A DNA stretch of 64,000 nt from Podarcis tiliguerta (lineage: Eukaryota): the NCBI GenBank assembly GCA_965153285.1, contig OZ229114.1, one strand, 5' to 3'. Under the pieces are notes generated by a model. It did no database searches and was not told the DNA's origin. It was given only the letters and a program-made list of their open reading frames with translations. The position numbers and the translations under genes are program-made. Positions 35,228 to 48,565 of this stretch are shown one piece after another (position 1 is the stretch's first letter; every line of letters starts with the position of its first letter).

Positions 35228-38200
35228 GTCTTCATTTTAGGAGGATTAAATACTACCAGGATTTCCTTAAAGCAAGGTCAAGTTTCATCAGAATCCCTTT
35301 CTAAAGTCCTTTAGATTGCCAGGCCCAGACCATCTATGCCTGTGAATCTTGGCAAACAGGTACAGTTAGGAAACATAAAGTGAATTTGGGGGCAACTAAA
35401 AACATGTGAGCCAATTCCCTTGAGAAATATTCCTAATCCTATTGAAATTCTTATGCTTGAATAGATCCTCCAAGCATTCCAAGTATGCCTTGAATTTTGC
35501 CACAGGAGAAATTCAGTGGGAACTCTAGAACAAATCTGAGTCTATTAAGGGAGGGGATTGTATGTGGATGGTACTAGGACATTGAATTGAAGGCAAGCAC
35601 ATACATTCACGATTGGTTTAAAATAATAATATAGTGATTCTAGGAATTAGGATGGACTTCTTATATCACACTAGATATAATTTGATCCCCAGCTCTTGGA
35701 AAACTGAGGCATGAAGAAACTTTTGCCCAAGAATTGAGCATCTTATGACTTTTCCTTGGCTTCCTTACCTCTGATTTGCTTCCTGTTTATCACTTTGTGA
35801 GTCCATGAGTTGTATCAGATACTGAGTGGAATTTTGCTCACCCAGCAGTATGGGCATAACCAGGATTTTTGTCAGGGGGGTGAGCAGCCAAAGTTCTTGA
35901 GCTCTTTTGGATCTGCCTGCCCTTTCCTCACCTGCCCCCTAAATCTGCTACAGAGGGCCCCCCCAAACACTTTGGAGCAGCATTTGAAGATGTGTACCAG
36001 GCTTCAGGTGAGAGGGTGAGAGGAGGAAGCTCTGTTGTGCATGGTCACTTTCATCATGGTTGTCTTACACAACAGAGCAATTAATCTATATAAGCTAAAG
36101 TGTAATGACTTGGGGGTGGGGGTTTCAGCAGTGAGCACTGGATTTGAGCAGCGAACACTCAATGGTACCTAAGATGTCTGGAGCAAAGGACAAAGTTCAA
36201 AATCATTGGAAACCATTGCTTCCATTGGTTTAAAACAGTCATATTCTGAAGTGAAATATTAGAGAAAATGGCCCTTTTTAATTTCCTAAAAGGTGCTGTT
36301 TGTAATTTCACTCCTTCTTAGTGAGGTGTCTACTCAGAGGCGGCGGGGGGGGGGACCACACAAAAATGTGGTTTTAAATGGGAAATATGTATACTTGGCT
36401 ATTTTGATTTCAGGAACTTTGCAGTGAGGAAATTGTGGCTTATGAACTGTCAATTAATGTCATTACCAGTAAACCCTGACACCACTTGCTACTATTTTAA
36501 TTGTGTGTTTTACTAACACCAGACCCCTCCCCTCTGATAATGGAGCTCCTCCATCCACACCTGCAGCCTAAACAAGTCTTGTAAACCTGCCCCCACCAAA
36601 ATCAAGATCCAAATGGAGGAAATGCTTGAAATGTTAAGTAATGGGCTATCAAGTTGAAATAGAACTTTATTACTGTTTTCTACTTGCAGACATAACAATC
36701 AAAATATTAAGATCCTGTACAATATTTTTTCTAGCTCCTAACATTAAAGAAGGGGGGTGGAGGACAGGGGAATTGGTTTCAGAAGATTATTTTGATTTGC
36801 TATTATTTTATATTAAAACAGAGGAACATTTCCAAAGTCCTCTGGTGTATTTTGTAACACAAGTGTTCATTTTCCCCCTTCTTTTTAAAAATACTTCCTT
36901 TGTGACATATGAAACAGTAACATTTTTCCCATGGTTTGGAGGAGAAAATGAAATCCAGATTTGTAATTCCTAAAAGGAGAAATTTGATCCTTTCCAATGT
37001 TTAAGTAATATTTCCTGTAAAACATACGAGGCCATCTGCAGAGCTGTTTCCAGACACATTTTGAAGTGGCAAGGGCAACTGAAAGAGAGGAGAATGGAGC
37101 CTGGCATTTCACCTCTGGGAAATGGAACATTAAAAGGTTTCTAAAAGCTGGTTCTACCATTTTATAAAGTATTCAAACCCTGCATAGTTCATAATTTGTT
37201 TAATCTGCTCACCTTTTTATAGATAGGGAGTGGGGAGAGAAGGGGAGATTCTGGCTGGAAGGGAATGTATACAAACTCTGATTCGCCTCAAAGAGGCCAG
37301 TGAGCATGCAAGAATTACTGGTGCTCAAAGCTGAATTGTAATTGTATTTTATTTTTAATAGGTGCAATGGAGACATTACAGGCAAATCCTCCCCTATAAG
37401 GATTGGACAAGCTGAGCCTTATTTGGGGAGAAAACACAGAAATGCAGTCTTTTCTATCTGTTACAGAGTTGTGTTTTATTGTTAATCTCCAGGGTCACCT
37501 TATGAATTCATGTTAGTAAAATGTTACGGCCTCATTATAATATTCACTTTGTGAAAGGCCCTGCATTTATCACATCCCAACCTTGGATGAATATAAATTA
37601 AAAATGTGCATCTTTTTTTTAAGGAAAGGATTTCATACAGTTAGTCCTCCCTCCCTTGCCAACCCTTCCCCAGTTACAGAGAAATTCTAAAACTGATCTT
37701 TTGTTCAAGTTTAGGAAACACCTAAATTCTCATTGCTTCCATAGCTCAAAGTTAACATTTCCTTTGTTGTTTGTTTGGCTATAGAATGGAGCTTCTAAAC
37801 TAATGTAGGACCAAAGATTACCAACCCTCTCCGTCTGATGGGGCCATTCACCCCCCACAAAATGGGGGCGGGAATTCAGCTACTTAGTGTATTCAAATAC
37901 ATTTTGAGCATGGCTTCTTTCTTCCTCCACCATAAAGACTTTGTGTCATGATGTTGTGTTGCTCACATTGAGACATTCTGATCAGAATTGAGAAGGAACA
38001 TTGCCAGGCTGCTGTGCAGTTGTGTGAAGCAGCACCAATGAATCTCTTTTATGGGAAAATAAGGAAACTTAGCAGCCTTGTCAAGAAGAGGAGACAATCC
38101 CACCCCACTGATGAAATTTAAGAATTGCCAAGTTCTCGATAACTATTCTAATCTTTATGTGCCATTTTATCCCCGCCTTACCTCCTGAACCAATGAAAAA

Positions 38201-38741
38201 CCTCAGTTTAATATTTTGGACAAGCACTGTTGCGCAGGACTGAAACAGTTACATCATAGTTAAACACTTTTATATTTGTTTCATGTTTTCTATGAGAATG
38301 TTTTTCACCACTTTATCTTTTGATTAATTGGTATATAATTTTCGTTTAAAAATAGTATTTTTTCCTTTGGATGTGCAACTCAATGACCATTCTTCCGTGT
38401 AGCTGCAAGGATGGAAAAACAACAACAGCAGGTACACAATTGTCTGATAAATGGTGTTTTACCACCCCAAGAAAAGCACTAGGACTACATACGCCTTCCT
38501 CACCACTCCCTTTCTATTCTCCCCTTGTGCCACCCAACTTCAGTGAACCAAAAACCTTGAAAGGTCTCACTTAAAACTAGGATATGACAGCAGGAGAAGG
38601 GACAGTGGGGGCGATCCTGCTCTCCCATGGCATGTTCAGTATCTCTGAATACCAACCCTGTGAATGGGCTCCTGTCTTTTGCCATGCATGTTTGTCTGCC
38701 TTGTTATTCTAAGCTTACTTTCTCCGCTGTTGTTCAAACTA

Positions 38742-38929
38742 CAGTGGTACTTGAGTTACACTTTGGGTTACAGACTCCACTAACCACGTTAAGAACTTTG
38801 CCTCAGGATGAGAACAAAAATCGTGCGGCAGTGGCGTGGCGGCAGCAGGAGGCCCCATTAGCTAAAGTGGTACCTAAGGTTAAGAACGGACCTCTGGACG
38901 AATTAAGTTCGTAACCAGAGGTACCACTG
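38742..38929. mobile_element. Tc1/mariner-type MITE (internally deleted relative of 12095-12336)
   Basis: TA|cagtggtac ... gaggtaccactg|CA; shared internal gttaagaactttgc.tcaggatgagaaca and agctaaagtggt. Confidence 0.92.
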
Positions 38930-41142
38930 CATAATTATCTGCCTCTCCAAATTCAGCCCCAATTGGATGGCATGATCCACATGTGTCCATTTATCAGATA
39001 AAAGAATCTTACAGTTCCTATAAGATTTTATGGGTATGAGGGTACTTCAAAATTATGACGGTAACTTCAGATCCTATAGATATGAAGCCAGAAAGAACCT
39101 TCAAAGCTGTCACTTCCATTTCCTACAAAAGCAAAACACTTTGTAAAAGGGAAAAAAAATACACACACATTACTGCTGAATTATAAATGAGATCTGGTAT
39201 TTTTGTGATGGTACAAATCGAAGGCTTTCTCCATATTGTTAGAATACCAATTCACCCTTACTGGTCTCTACTACCTACCACTGTATAGAGTCTCCTGAGA
39301 GTCATCCATTTCTCATGAGATTACTTCAGCATCACATTACCGCTACAACATATCCATTATATATACACTTTCAGACAAGTGGAAGTGTTTCCACAAAAAC
39401 AATCTGGAATCTTGGCTTAAAACTGAAGTTTTCTGTCAAAGCAAAGAGAGTAGTCTAAAAGAGGGCTTATTTTTGTTTTGTTTGTACAAATATGTTGCTT
39501 TTAGATGGCTGTGGGGGAAATGCACAGCAGTTGGGCCACTGTTTTGTTTCAAGGCAGCAATCCCAAACCATGTACCCAGTAGCAGCAGGTTCCTTCTGTG
39601 TATGAGGAATCAGGCTTCATTCATTCCATGGGAAGCTTTTTTGGAACACAGCCTGAGAGGGTAAGCCTTGTTATGCTGGCGACTTTCTTATATCAATGCA
39701 CTGGAGCTCCCATATATCAATCAATCAATATATCATCTGATATTGAGACAGAGAATTCTCTCCTATGGTTCATGATAATGCCTGATAAGCTTACTTTGCA
39801 ATGCCTTTACAGCTTGTCTGAACTTTGAAACTATCAAACTTTCTGCAGGAATTTAGGGAACAAAGGAGGGGCTGAAACTGTTTCTTTTGCATTTCATGCA
39901 GGGAGGCTGTGAATTATACCCTAGTATAAAAGCCACCTCGGTCTGTTCAAAGATGTAAAGGCATTTCTGCCCAGAGGTCCCCCCCCCCTTATCTTATATG
40001 TGTCTTTAAGGCATGATGATTACGGAAACAAATGAAGCCCTTGGTTAGATACAGAAATGGAAGAGGCTATCCCATTCCCCCTGACAACTATATTTCTATA
40101 TTCTGATAGCCATCTGCTGGAATCAGATGGTATATGTCTTGTAACATCTGGATAATGGGGTTTCAACTGTAATCTCATTAATTTAATATTTCTGTTTAAG
40201 AGATAAGGCTGTCTTATGCGAGGCTTTCCAAGATGGGCGAGACTTTTGTTATGCATGTAGGGCACAATTCAAAGAAAGTTAAGTGTACCCAAGTCCTAAT
40301 CAGTGGGATTTCAGCTTAATTTCAAGCCAGACACTGGCTTCAGTTACAGATGAGGAAAGTCTCTCCTCTTTGATTAGGGATTTCAGTGGCACTTAAGTGC
40401 ACCTAATTTTCTCTGGATCTCACTCTTAGTTTTTTTTTATATATTTAGTTTTCTCAAATTTTGAACCTATTCCTGTTGCTGCCAATAAAAATGCCCTGCT
40501 TATCTCAACCCCAATCAAGCAAGGTCAGTGAACTGTGTGACATCATGCACTGGGTAAACAGATGTAAATTTTACATACAGTGATTTACTATTACTTTTCA
40601 TCAACTTCTTCCTTAGGAAGTCAGTATTTTTATTGAGCACAAGGGGCCTTTAGCATAGGTCAAATGTGTGCCTACAACAATGCATAGTAGAATTTTCACA
40701 CATAATTATTTCATTTAGGAAGTTTCATCTTTGAATGGGTACTGTTTCCTAAAGGAAAGTGAGAATAATTTCAGTTTTCTTTACATTGAATATGCTTTAC
40801 AAATACTTTATTTTAAGTGCTACCAGTTCAACATTTTTGCTTTTTAATATCATGAATGTGGATTCATTTGAAACTGGTACCTCAAGAGTCATGTGAGAAT
40901 ATGGTAATTTCAGTTCTTAACAAAATTACATTTAGGTACTGCATGATCCCATATAACTACATTCTCTGGTGAATCCTAGTGCTCCTTTGGCTGAAAGCAA
41001 ATAAAGAGAGCACCAAATTCACGGTTTCATTATTTTAAATATAGCTAAGATAATTCAGTTTAGATTTAGCAATATAAAGCAATGTAATATTGTGTGTGAT
41101 CTTAAAGACACCTGAACCATGTGTTATGCTGACACTTTAAAA

Positions 41143-41163
41143 GTTGTTGTTGTTGTTGTTGTT
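41143..41163. repeat. (GTT)n microsatellite
   Basis: Direct reading. Confidence 0.9.
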
Positions 41164-41199
41164 TAACACTTTGTTTTAAAAAATGTATATACCAGAGTC

Positions 41200-42497
41200 C
41201 AAAGAAATTCATCATACTGTATCATGGACAACAGGAAATGGGACTGGTATGTTCTCGTTGGTCATGATTCTGTATCCATTATGATGAATTTCTGTATCCT
41301 GGATAAAAGAGAAAAGAAAAAGTTGCTTTCCCCTTTCCCCATTCTTTTTCCAAGCTAATCTCCAAAATCTTGGGGACATGTTCTTTTGTATTCACTTCAG
41401 CATGTATATAGGGGCCTTTCTTTCTCAGCTTTGCCTCTGCTATCTCCATTTGTTTCTTAATGTTTCTATTCATAATTGCATTCATTTCTCCCAGTCACAA
41501 CAGCATCCTTTTTCTGTTCTGCCATCTACAGTTGTTTCTCTTCCAGCGTCACAATGGCATCCTTTGTCTGATCCAGTCCTCCAGTCAGCTGAGTGGATGA
41601 CCACTCCATTTCAATGTTTGCTGTTGTCCATTTTGCCTTTAGCTTTTTGTGTTCAGGCTGTTCTGGATCAACATCCTTTCCCACAGGTCCTGTGCATTCT
41701 TTAGTCTGTTTTTGCCCCCCTGATCTGATCTCCTTTGATATTCCACACATCTCAGCTCTTAATTCTATCAACTGTTCATCTAGTAATTTTTGCATGATAC
41801 CAGCAATCAGTGAGGCATTAAGCATTGTTTTTGCCATCTCGTGTTATATTATTCTCCCCTTGGCAGTCTCTTCTTCCAGAAAAATGTGCACGTTTCTTTA
41901 AATCAGTATTCCATTCTGACACAGATAACATTCACTTTCGTTTCCATGTCTAAAACAGCCCACAAACAACAGAGAATTACAGATGGTATAAATTGTAAAT
42001 TTTAGACAGGATAAGAGGTACATATCGCTTCAGTTATAAACTTTCAAAGTCATCCATAGTTAAGGTAAGCTTTTTGGTCTATTTTTTTTGCTTGTTAATT
42101 AATGCTTTTTCATCTTCCAGCAGTTTCTGGATGCAAATTAACTGGCAGATAGTGTATCTAAGTAGTACTTACTTCAAGTCTTGTAAATACCGGTAGTTAA
42201 AAGAAGGTGGTATTATCGACCTGGTGCCCTAATTTAAGAGCTATGATGCAGTGCATGGGCTTGATGAATGTTCCTCACTTGAGACACTTCTCCAATCCTG
42301 AAAACATCTTTGTTCACGGTGTGATGAATGTCTTCTTCTGGGCCTGAGGGGTTAATCCCTGACCCCCTTATCTCAAAAGGAAGTTTTGGTAGTCAAGATC
42401 TTATGCCTTGGTTGCCTTTAATCACTGCATAATTATCTCTGCTGACATGAGTGTCAGCAGCTGATCACTTGCCCGCTATCATTCGTCCCCGGAAGTC
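41200..42497 (-). mobile_element. L1-clade LINE relic: 5'UTR plus disrupted ORF1
   Basis: Minus strand starts GACTTCCGG, a start typical of non-mammalian L1s; long purine-rich frames 41526-41837 and 41279-41485 give heptad-like KLLDEQLIELRAEM..IVTLEEKQL..KKQMEIAEAKLRKK; left boundary approximate. Confidence 0.6.
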
Positions 42498-45400
42498 AGA
42501 GGTGACCATTTGTTTTTAAGTAAGATTGTGTGGGTGTTTGTTCCAGCCCAATGAAGGAGGAAGCCTCGAGGGGAATGGGGTGAGGGACTTCCTTCACATT
42601 GCCTTTATTAGCCAATAGGCTTGAGGGAGGAGCTGGCTGGTTATGCTGGGCTTGAATTTATTTTGGCTGTTTGGTTTATTTGGCATTTAATGTGGGCAGG
42701 TAAGTGGAGTGGTACATGGTCAGTATCGTAATGCAGGGAGGGGACTTCACTTATCATCGCTCTAATTTTGGCCAGCTTAGGAGACTGCTTGATTTGCTAC
42801 TCTTGGGGCCTGGCATGTCCCACTTATTGAATGCTGAATAGTAGGGGTGTCTGGCACCTGTCAGGCTGCACACCTATGGCTTCCCTTGATGGGAAGTTGC
42901 TATTTGGCTCCTGTCACACCAGCTTGGATGATGGAGTTGATCTGGGGTGGTTTGGTTCTTAGCAGCAGGCAGAAGATTTCCTATCTGTCTGTGCAGCTTA
43001 TACCTGCCTACACTTGTTAGCTGTGATTGGTGCAATTTCTTCCCTGTACTGTTTTCATAAATATAAGCTTCATACTCTGGGTGTGTCCTTTGTATGCATG
43101 TGTAGTATATTGGAACATTTAATTGTTTTACAGCAATTAGTCACTCTGTTCGTCAAATGAGTGGATTTGCTAGATATTAGGATGTTTCTGATAAACAGCT
43201 GTATGGAGTCTAAAACAGTCCCCTGAATAACACTGTTGGCTGTTGCATTCAACTGTGAACATATTTGTGCATTGCTTTTACTCCTCTGCCTGCCAGCTTT
43301 ATTATACAATATCCTTGATATTTCAGATTTATCTGTAGACTGATTTTAATTTTATAGTTAGGACTCTAGTATTTTCCATCACAGGGGAAAAAGAACATTG
43401 TGCAATTTTGTTTTTTTGTTATTCAAAAATGTATCCCTTGACAACACTTTGCTGTCTTGTATCTTCATAATACAGCATTATTTGAATGTTTTCCAGTGCA
43501 AATCTACTTCCATACCACTTTGTTTCCTGAAGAACATTGACTGTATTACAGACACATTGGCTAGCAATCACATTTTTCCTCTTTGACACTGTGTGATTGC
43601 ATTAAAGATAAGCATCTTTTAAAAACACTGCAGAAATCTAACAATCAGATTTAACCAAATACAGAATTTCTGTTTCTTATTTGTTTCATAAATTGTTCTG
43701 CTGCCACATGAGAACAAATAAGAAACAAACACCCTAGTATTGGTGGGATGAATGTATATTTCATATGGAGCTCTCTTTCACCAAAGTACATACTTATTAA
43801 ATGGGAAAGAGTTTCCCCTTTCTTTCCTCAGATTAAGGTGTGGGACCACAAGCAAATTAAATTATGTCTCCAGGTTTTGAGTGTACCTCTTGGCCTAATC
43901 CAGTTCTCTAAAACAGCACTCCTAACCCTCTGGATTTCACATGCCTGAAGGCTAAATGCAATTATAAAAACATGACTCTTCCCAGATGAACTTTCAAATC
44001 TGCCTTGTCTCTTGTTTATTGATGGAAGATTGAAGGAAATATTCAAATCAGCCACCTTTCAATTCTTTACCAGCAGCAAAATGCAGAAATCATTAGAGTT
44101 GCTATGTCAATGGCTCTGTCCCATCTTAATATTCAACCTAGTTTGGGGATAACTTCAAAAAGAAATGCAAGTCTATTCATAATGCACAGCACTTCCACAT
44201 TCTTTCATTTGATATTTGTAGAAGAATAGCAACAACCAGTTCATTTGGAATGCCTATTTAAAGATAGCAAAATAATCTGCTGCAATTTTAAGTTGTTCTC
44301 AGTACTAAACATTTGTAAGCAGGTTTAAAAAAATAATCTTCAAATTAATGCATTGCACAAACAATATGACCAAAGCATAAGCTGCACTTTTACTTTAATT
44401 CTGCTTGTCACTGTATTATATTCAGTAAAGATCTATTTTGGAAAATTGGTATTCAGGGGGAAATTTGCAACACTTTGGCACCATTTTTGAGTGAATTGGA
44501 TAACTTATAACTTAATATGATATTTTTGTGGTTTGGGGCTCTGATGGCTTAGACTATCTACAATCAAAGCACTACCAAACACCTTTTCACTTTGTTTAGT
44601 TTGGCTTAGACTATCTATGCAGCTGGATATGACATGGACCAATGTTAAGAGGGATTGGCATAAATACTTCATGTATAGTTTTTGGAGTATCTGTTGCAAA
44701 TGTCCATAAACTGTGATTTGTTTAAATGGTAGCATCATTTTGCCAGCTTGGATTTTTTTTTTAAGAAGTTGGTGTCTTATTTTTGGAATCCTTCAGCATG
44801 CATGGATTTTAAAGAGCCTTAAGCTATGATGTTTTCCTTTCATAAAATTTATATTTAATCATATCTTTAAAAAGTGTTCTCATTCTGCCACTTGGTGTTA
44901 TCAACCAAGCGGAACCCGTGAATGCAATGTTCTCTTTTAACTGTTTTCGTATTTCATTCCTTCACAACTTCTTAAATGGTACATGGTGTAAATCACAGTG
45001 AAGCATCCATGAGTAACATGCGACTTGCACTTAAGTGAGTGTTTTCTGTTTGAAATTAGAGAAGTCGCTGCCACAAATGATCTTGTATTTAGATTTTCCT
45101 GTCAGAATTCCAAAATCAAACTGGTACCTGTTCCATGCAATGCCATGCTCTTGACAGCAGGGTTTTTTATATCAATCATCCCCACACTATTGGTTTCAGC
45201 TATTTAAACTTACTTAATTCCACAGAAATTTCCAATGAAAACATGACACTAAAATCTGAGATTCAGATGCAAAAAGATTGGTGAGATCGTGTTCCAGCCA
45301 TATGATGTCATGATGAGAGTCAGCAAAGGATGGCCAGTCCAGGGTTGCTTCATTACCTGCTAAAGAGCTGGACCAGTTCCATATATTGAACCTGAAACTG

Positions 45401-45713
45401 GTGGCCAGGACCCTTGCAACCCAAGCCAGGACCCTCACAGATGCCTCCCCCCAAGCCTCAAAAATCAAGCACTCTTTGTTCCACCATGCCGACCCAACAG
45501 TTCAGGAAACACATCAGGTAAGAAGATGCAGAAAGGAGAAGCAGTGCTCACCTAAAAGAGTGTTGGCCTTTTAAGGATTCATGCTATTCAAGTGGGCAGG
45601 GACAAACTGTTCCCACTGGTGGCTGGTGTACATTGGGGCTGGTAGGCCAAAAAACAGGGAGACCAATGGTAGGTGGAACCAGAATGAATGACAGGCAGAA
45701 CCAGCTAATTCTA

Positions 45714-46065
45714 TGATACGATACGATACGATATGATAATCTTTATTGTCATTGTCCCATACAGAACAACGAAACTGAAAAATCTACATAAGACATTAAA
45801 AACCCAACAAGCCTGCTATCCCAGCTATCCCAACCTGGTTAGCCCCCTAGAAACTCTGACACCCCATTTTTAAATTCAATATACTCCCATCCAGACTCTG
45901 ATACCCCATTTTTTAATACAATATACTCCTGTACAGACTCCTTACAATGCGTTTAAAACCAAAATCACATTTGGGTAGAAACTGTTTCTCAGGTGGCTAG
46001 TCTTAGTCTTTATAACCCTGTACCTTCTTCCAGAAGGCAGAAGCTGAAAGAAATCATTTCTGGGG
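45714..46065 (-). mobile_element. Rex1/Babar non-LTR retrotransposon, 5'-truncated
   Basis: Minus frame 46064-45942 = PRNDFFQLLPSGRRYRVIKTKTSHLRNSFYPNVILVLNAL*, the characteristic LPSGRRYR..NSF.P C-terminus; AATAAA and (TATCG)n tail; TSD TTCTA at 45709-45713 and 46066-46070. Confidence 0.9.
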
Positions 46066-46232
46066 TTCTAGTTTTGTCCCCCATCCTCCTCCCTGTTGAG
46101 TTCTACAAGGGCAATGCAGAGACCAGAAAGAGGGAGTTGATAGGCAGTGCCAACACCTAGAATGGTTGTAAGAAGGAAGGAAGGCAAGCGAGAGCTGGCT
46201 GAAGGCAGACTGAGGTCAGGGTAGCACCCCAT

Positions 46233-46705
46233 TGTCATGATGCTGTCAGCAGCTCCCAGCTGGATGCCCAGGAAAGTCTAAAGACAAGGAAAGCTTCTTA
46301 CAGTCTTTTTTTATTTCATTCTTTACAGAGAGAGGCTATAGAACCCAGTCCCCTGGATAATGGCGTGGTCCCAAGTGACTCTCCACTCCCCGTCTCTCCC
46401 ACTTCCTCATTTGTCACTTCTATGGGTGCTGCTATGTGCCCTTTGTCTTTGTGCTCTTTGCTCTCCTACTTTTAAGGCTGCCGGGTTCTGGGAGATGGTG
46501 GGTCTGGAATGCTTTCTAATGACAATGTGTCAGCCGGGTGTTGTTCTGGCTCTCCCATGATTTCCCAACTTTCCCCCTCATGCTGCCTCTGAGCTGCGAC
46601 CTCCCTCAAACCCCTGTATACTTACTATCTTCCTCTTCCTCCTCCCTGGAAGGGTCAGGATGGGGAGACGGTCTCCACCATTCCTCCTTTGCCCAGTCCC
46701 TGACA
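46233..46705 (-). mobile_element. Solo LTR (probably Gypsy-type)
   Basis: TGTCA...TGACA termini, exact 5-bp TSD CCCAT at 46228-46232 and 46706-46710, AATAAA on the minus strand near 46310. Confidence 0.9.
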
Positions 46706-48565
46706 CCCATCACTCCCCATAGACACTCTTCCACTGCCTGTTTCCCATTCCTAGTTCAGATCTCTCCATTCACCTCCAGCCTTGGTTGGAGCAAATTGCT
46801 CATTGGGAGCTTTCTATGGTACTTCTTTGCTTGTGAGTTGTGAAAATAAAGCAAGATTAACACAAGCCACTAAACTGTCTCCTTCCTGCTAAAATTTCAG
46901 TAAGCAAAAAAATAATTTCACAGTTAAAAATTATTTGGCTCTTAGACTAACTCACTTCTTCCTCCAGCACCAGACTTGAGTTTGTCTTCCAAGAAGCAGC
47001 TTCTCCTTCTACACCAATGTGCTATGTATGCACAGTCTTATCTATACCCTGAAAAGAATGCTGCAGACTTTTTGGATAGGGCCTACGTATATACCTCTGC
47101 TATCAGTTTAGCTTCTGCTGTAACAATCTGCTCAACATGCTGTGGTTGGATCTTGGCTAGCAGACATACTCCTGCTTCCGCTCTGTGCATTGATTGTACA
47201 CAAGATTTGTTTCCTAAACAGGGCTCAAGAGTTGAGGATAAAACAAACAAGTGATGTGCATGCATGTGTGAACATCTTGTGATAGGAAAAGAATGTGTGA
47301 ATGGAACCTCCACAGGTTTCCCCAGTACTTTGTTCATGGTGCAACATCTTGCAATGTGGGTTCATTTTCTCTTGTACAGTAGCATGCACTATTTTCTTTG
47401 TTCATATAAATCACCTGCAGCGGCATGAACGAGTTAAAATACATTTATTTCCCTCAGAACTGCTCTAGAGTCAGCTATGTTGGTGGTCTCCACAAGAAAT
47501 TCAAACTCTCTGCTGACCAAGTGAAAAAACACATGTTCATGTATCAGGAGGATATATAATCTTAGTTGAGTCAGTCTCAGTGACGATTCCACTCAGTGAA
47601 ATCTTCACTTGGATCTCAGGTCTTAGGAATTTCGTGAGTCTCAAACAGCTAGAGAGAAGACTGTTAAACCTGAAGGATTTGACTGCTATTTTCCCTCCTT
47701 CAGACTCTTGCCATTTCTCCCCCTGCAGTGGAAAGATTTTTGACTTTTTAAAATTCACATATAAAACAGTCTTAAGAAAATGGCTAAGAAGCGTTGGCCA
47801 CTGGCTCCCTTAAGAAAATAACATTCCAGAATCCTAAAAGCTGCAGTGTGTTCCCTTAGTGGGTGTTTAGAAGCTTGTCATTTGAGAGTCTCTTTAGTTT
47901 GGCCCTCAAAGCTCAGCTTCCCAATATGTTGAGGAAGTGGTGCTGTCAGTCTTGTGAGCATATATGAGAATTTTTGGACAGGGGTGGTGGTAGCAGAGGA
48001 CATAGTGCAACACTAAATTCAGCACGATGGTGTCAGTTCCTAGTATGCCCTCAAGGAAAAGTGTGAGCAGGGGAATCTCTGCTTTCCTTCTATTGTTCCC
48101 CTCAGTCAAGTTCCAGATGGGTTTCCCAGTGGCAACACATATAGTTGCAGATTGGGGGAAGTGAGGGTCTCTTCTCTCCTGCCTCATTTCCCTCCTCATT
48201 TTTTATGGGTGCTTGCTTTCCTACAGAGGTTCTGCCAAGTGAGTGGGAAAGGGTAAGATTTTTTGTTTGCGCAAGAGCAAGACAAGGGTGTGTCTGACCA
48301 CTTTGAACTAAGATGGACATAGGTTTCGAGGGACACTGCTGCTTCAGGTGATAAGAGAAAAGCCCCAAGGAACATGTGGCAGCTAGGCTCCACCAAAACA
48401 CTCTCTGACAGTGATGATCTACTGGTGAGAGGAACCTAGTATGGTAGCTCTTCCCTGCTCAACTTGCTCCTACACAAACCCTTGTCAGAAAAGTCACTTA
48501 AATAATGCAGAGTCCAGAGCAAAAAGAGAGATACCACTTTACGGAGGCAAATGAACAAAATCCTG

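Larger units (their letters stand above)
45614..46736. mobile_element. Old MITE (CAGTGGCGGCTGGT-type termini) hosting two later insertions
   Basis: cactggtggctggt ... cactcttccactg decayed termini; sequence reads continuously once 45714-46070 and 46233-46710 are removed. Confidence 0.5.

Noticed and set aside
41279-41901. Coiled-coil ORFs as a host gene
   Set aside because: In-frame stops, frameshifts and an L1-type 5' end indicate a retrotransposon ORF1 relic
44474-44489. miR-96-like TTTGGCAC-CATTTTTG
   Set aside because: No hairpin and no exon context; shows that seed-plus-3' matches can occur by chance
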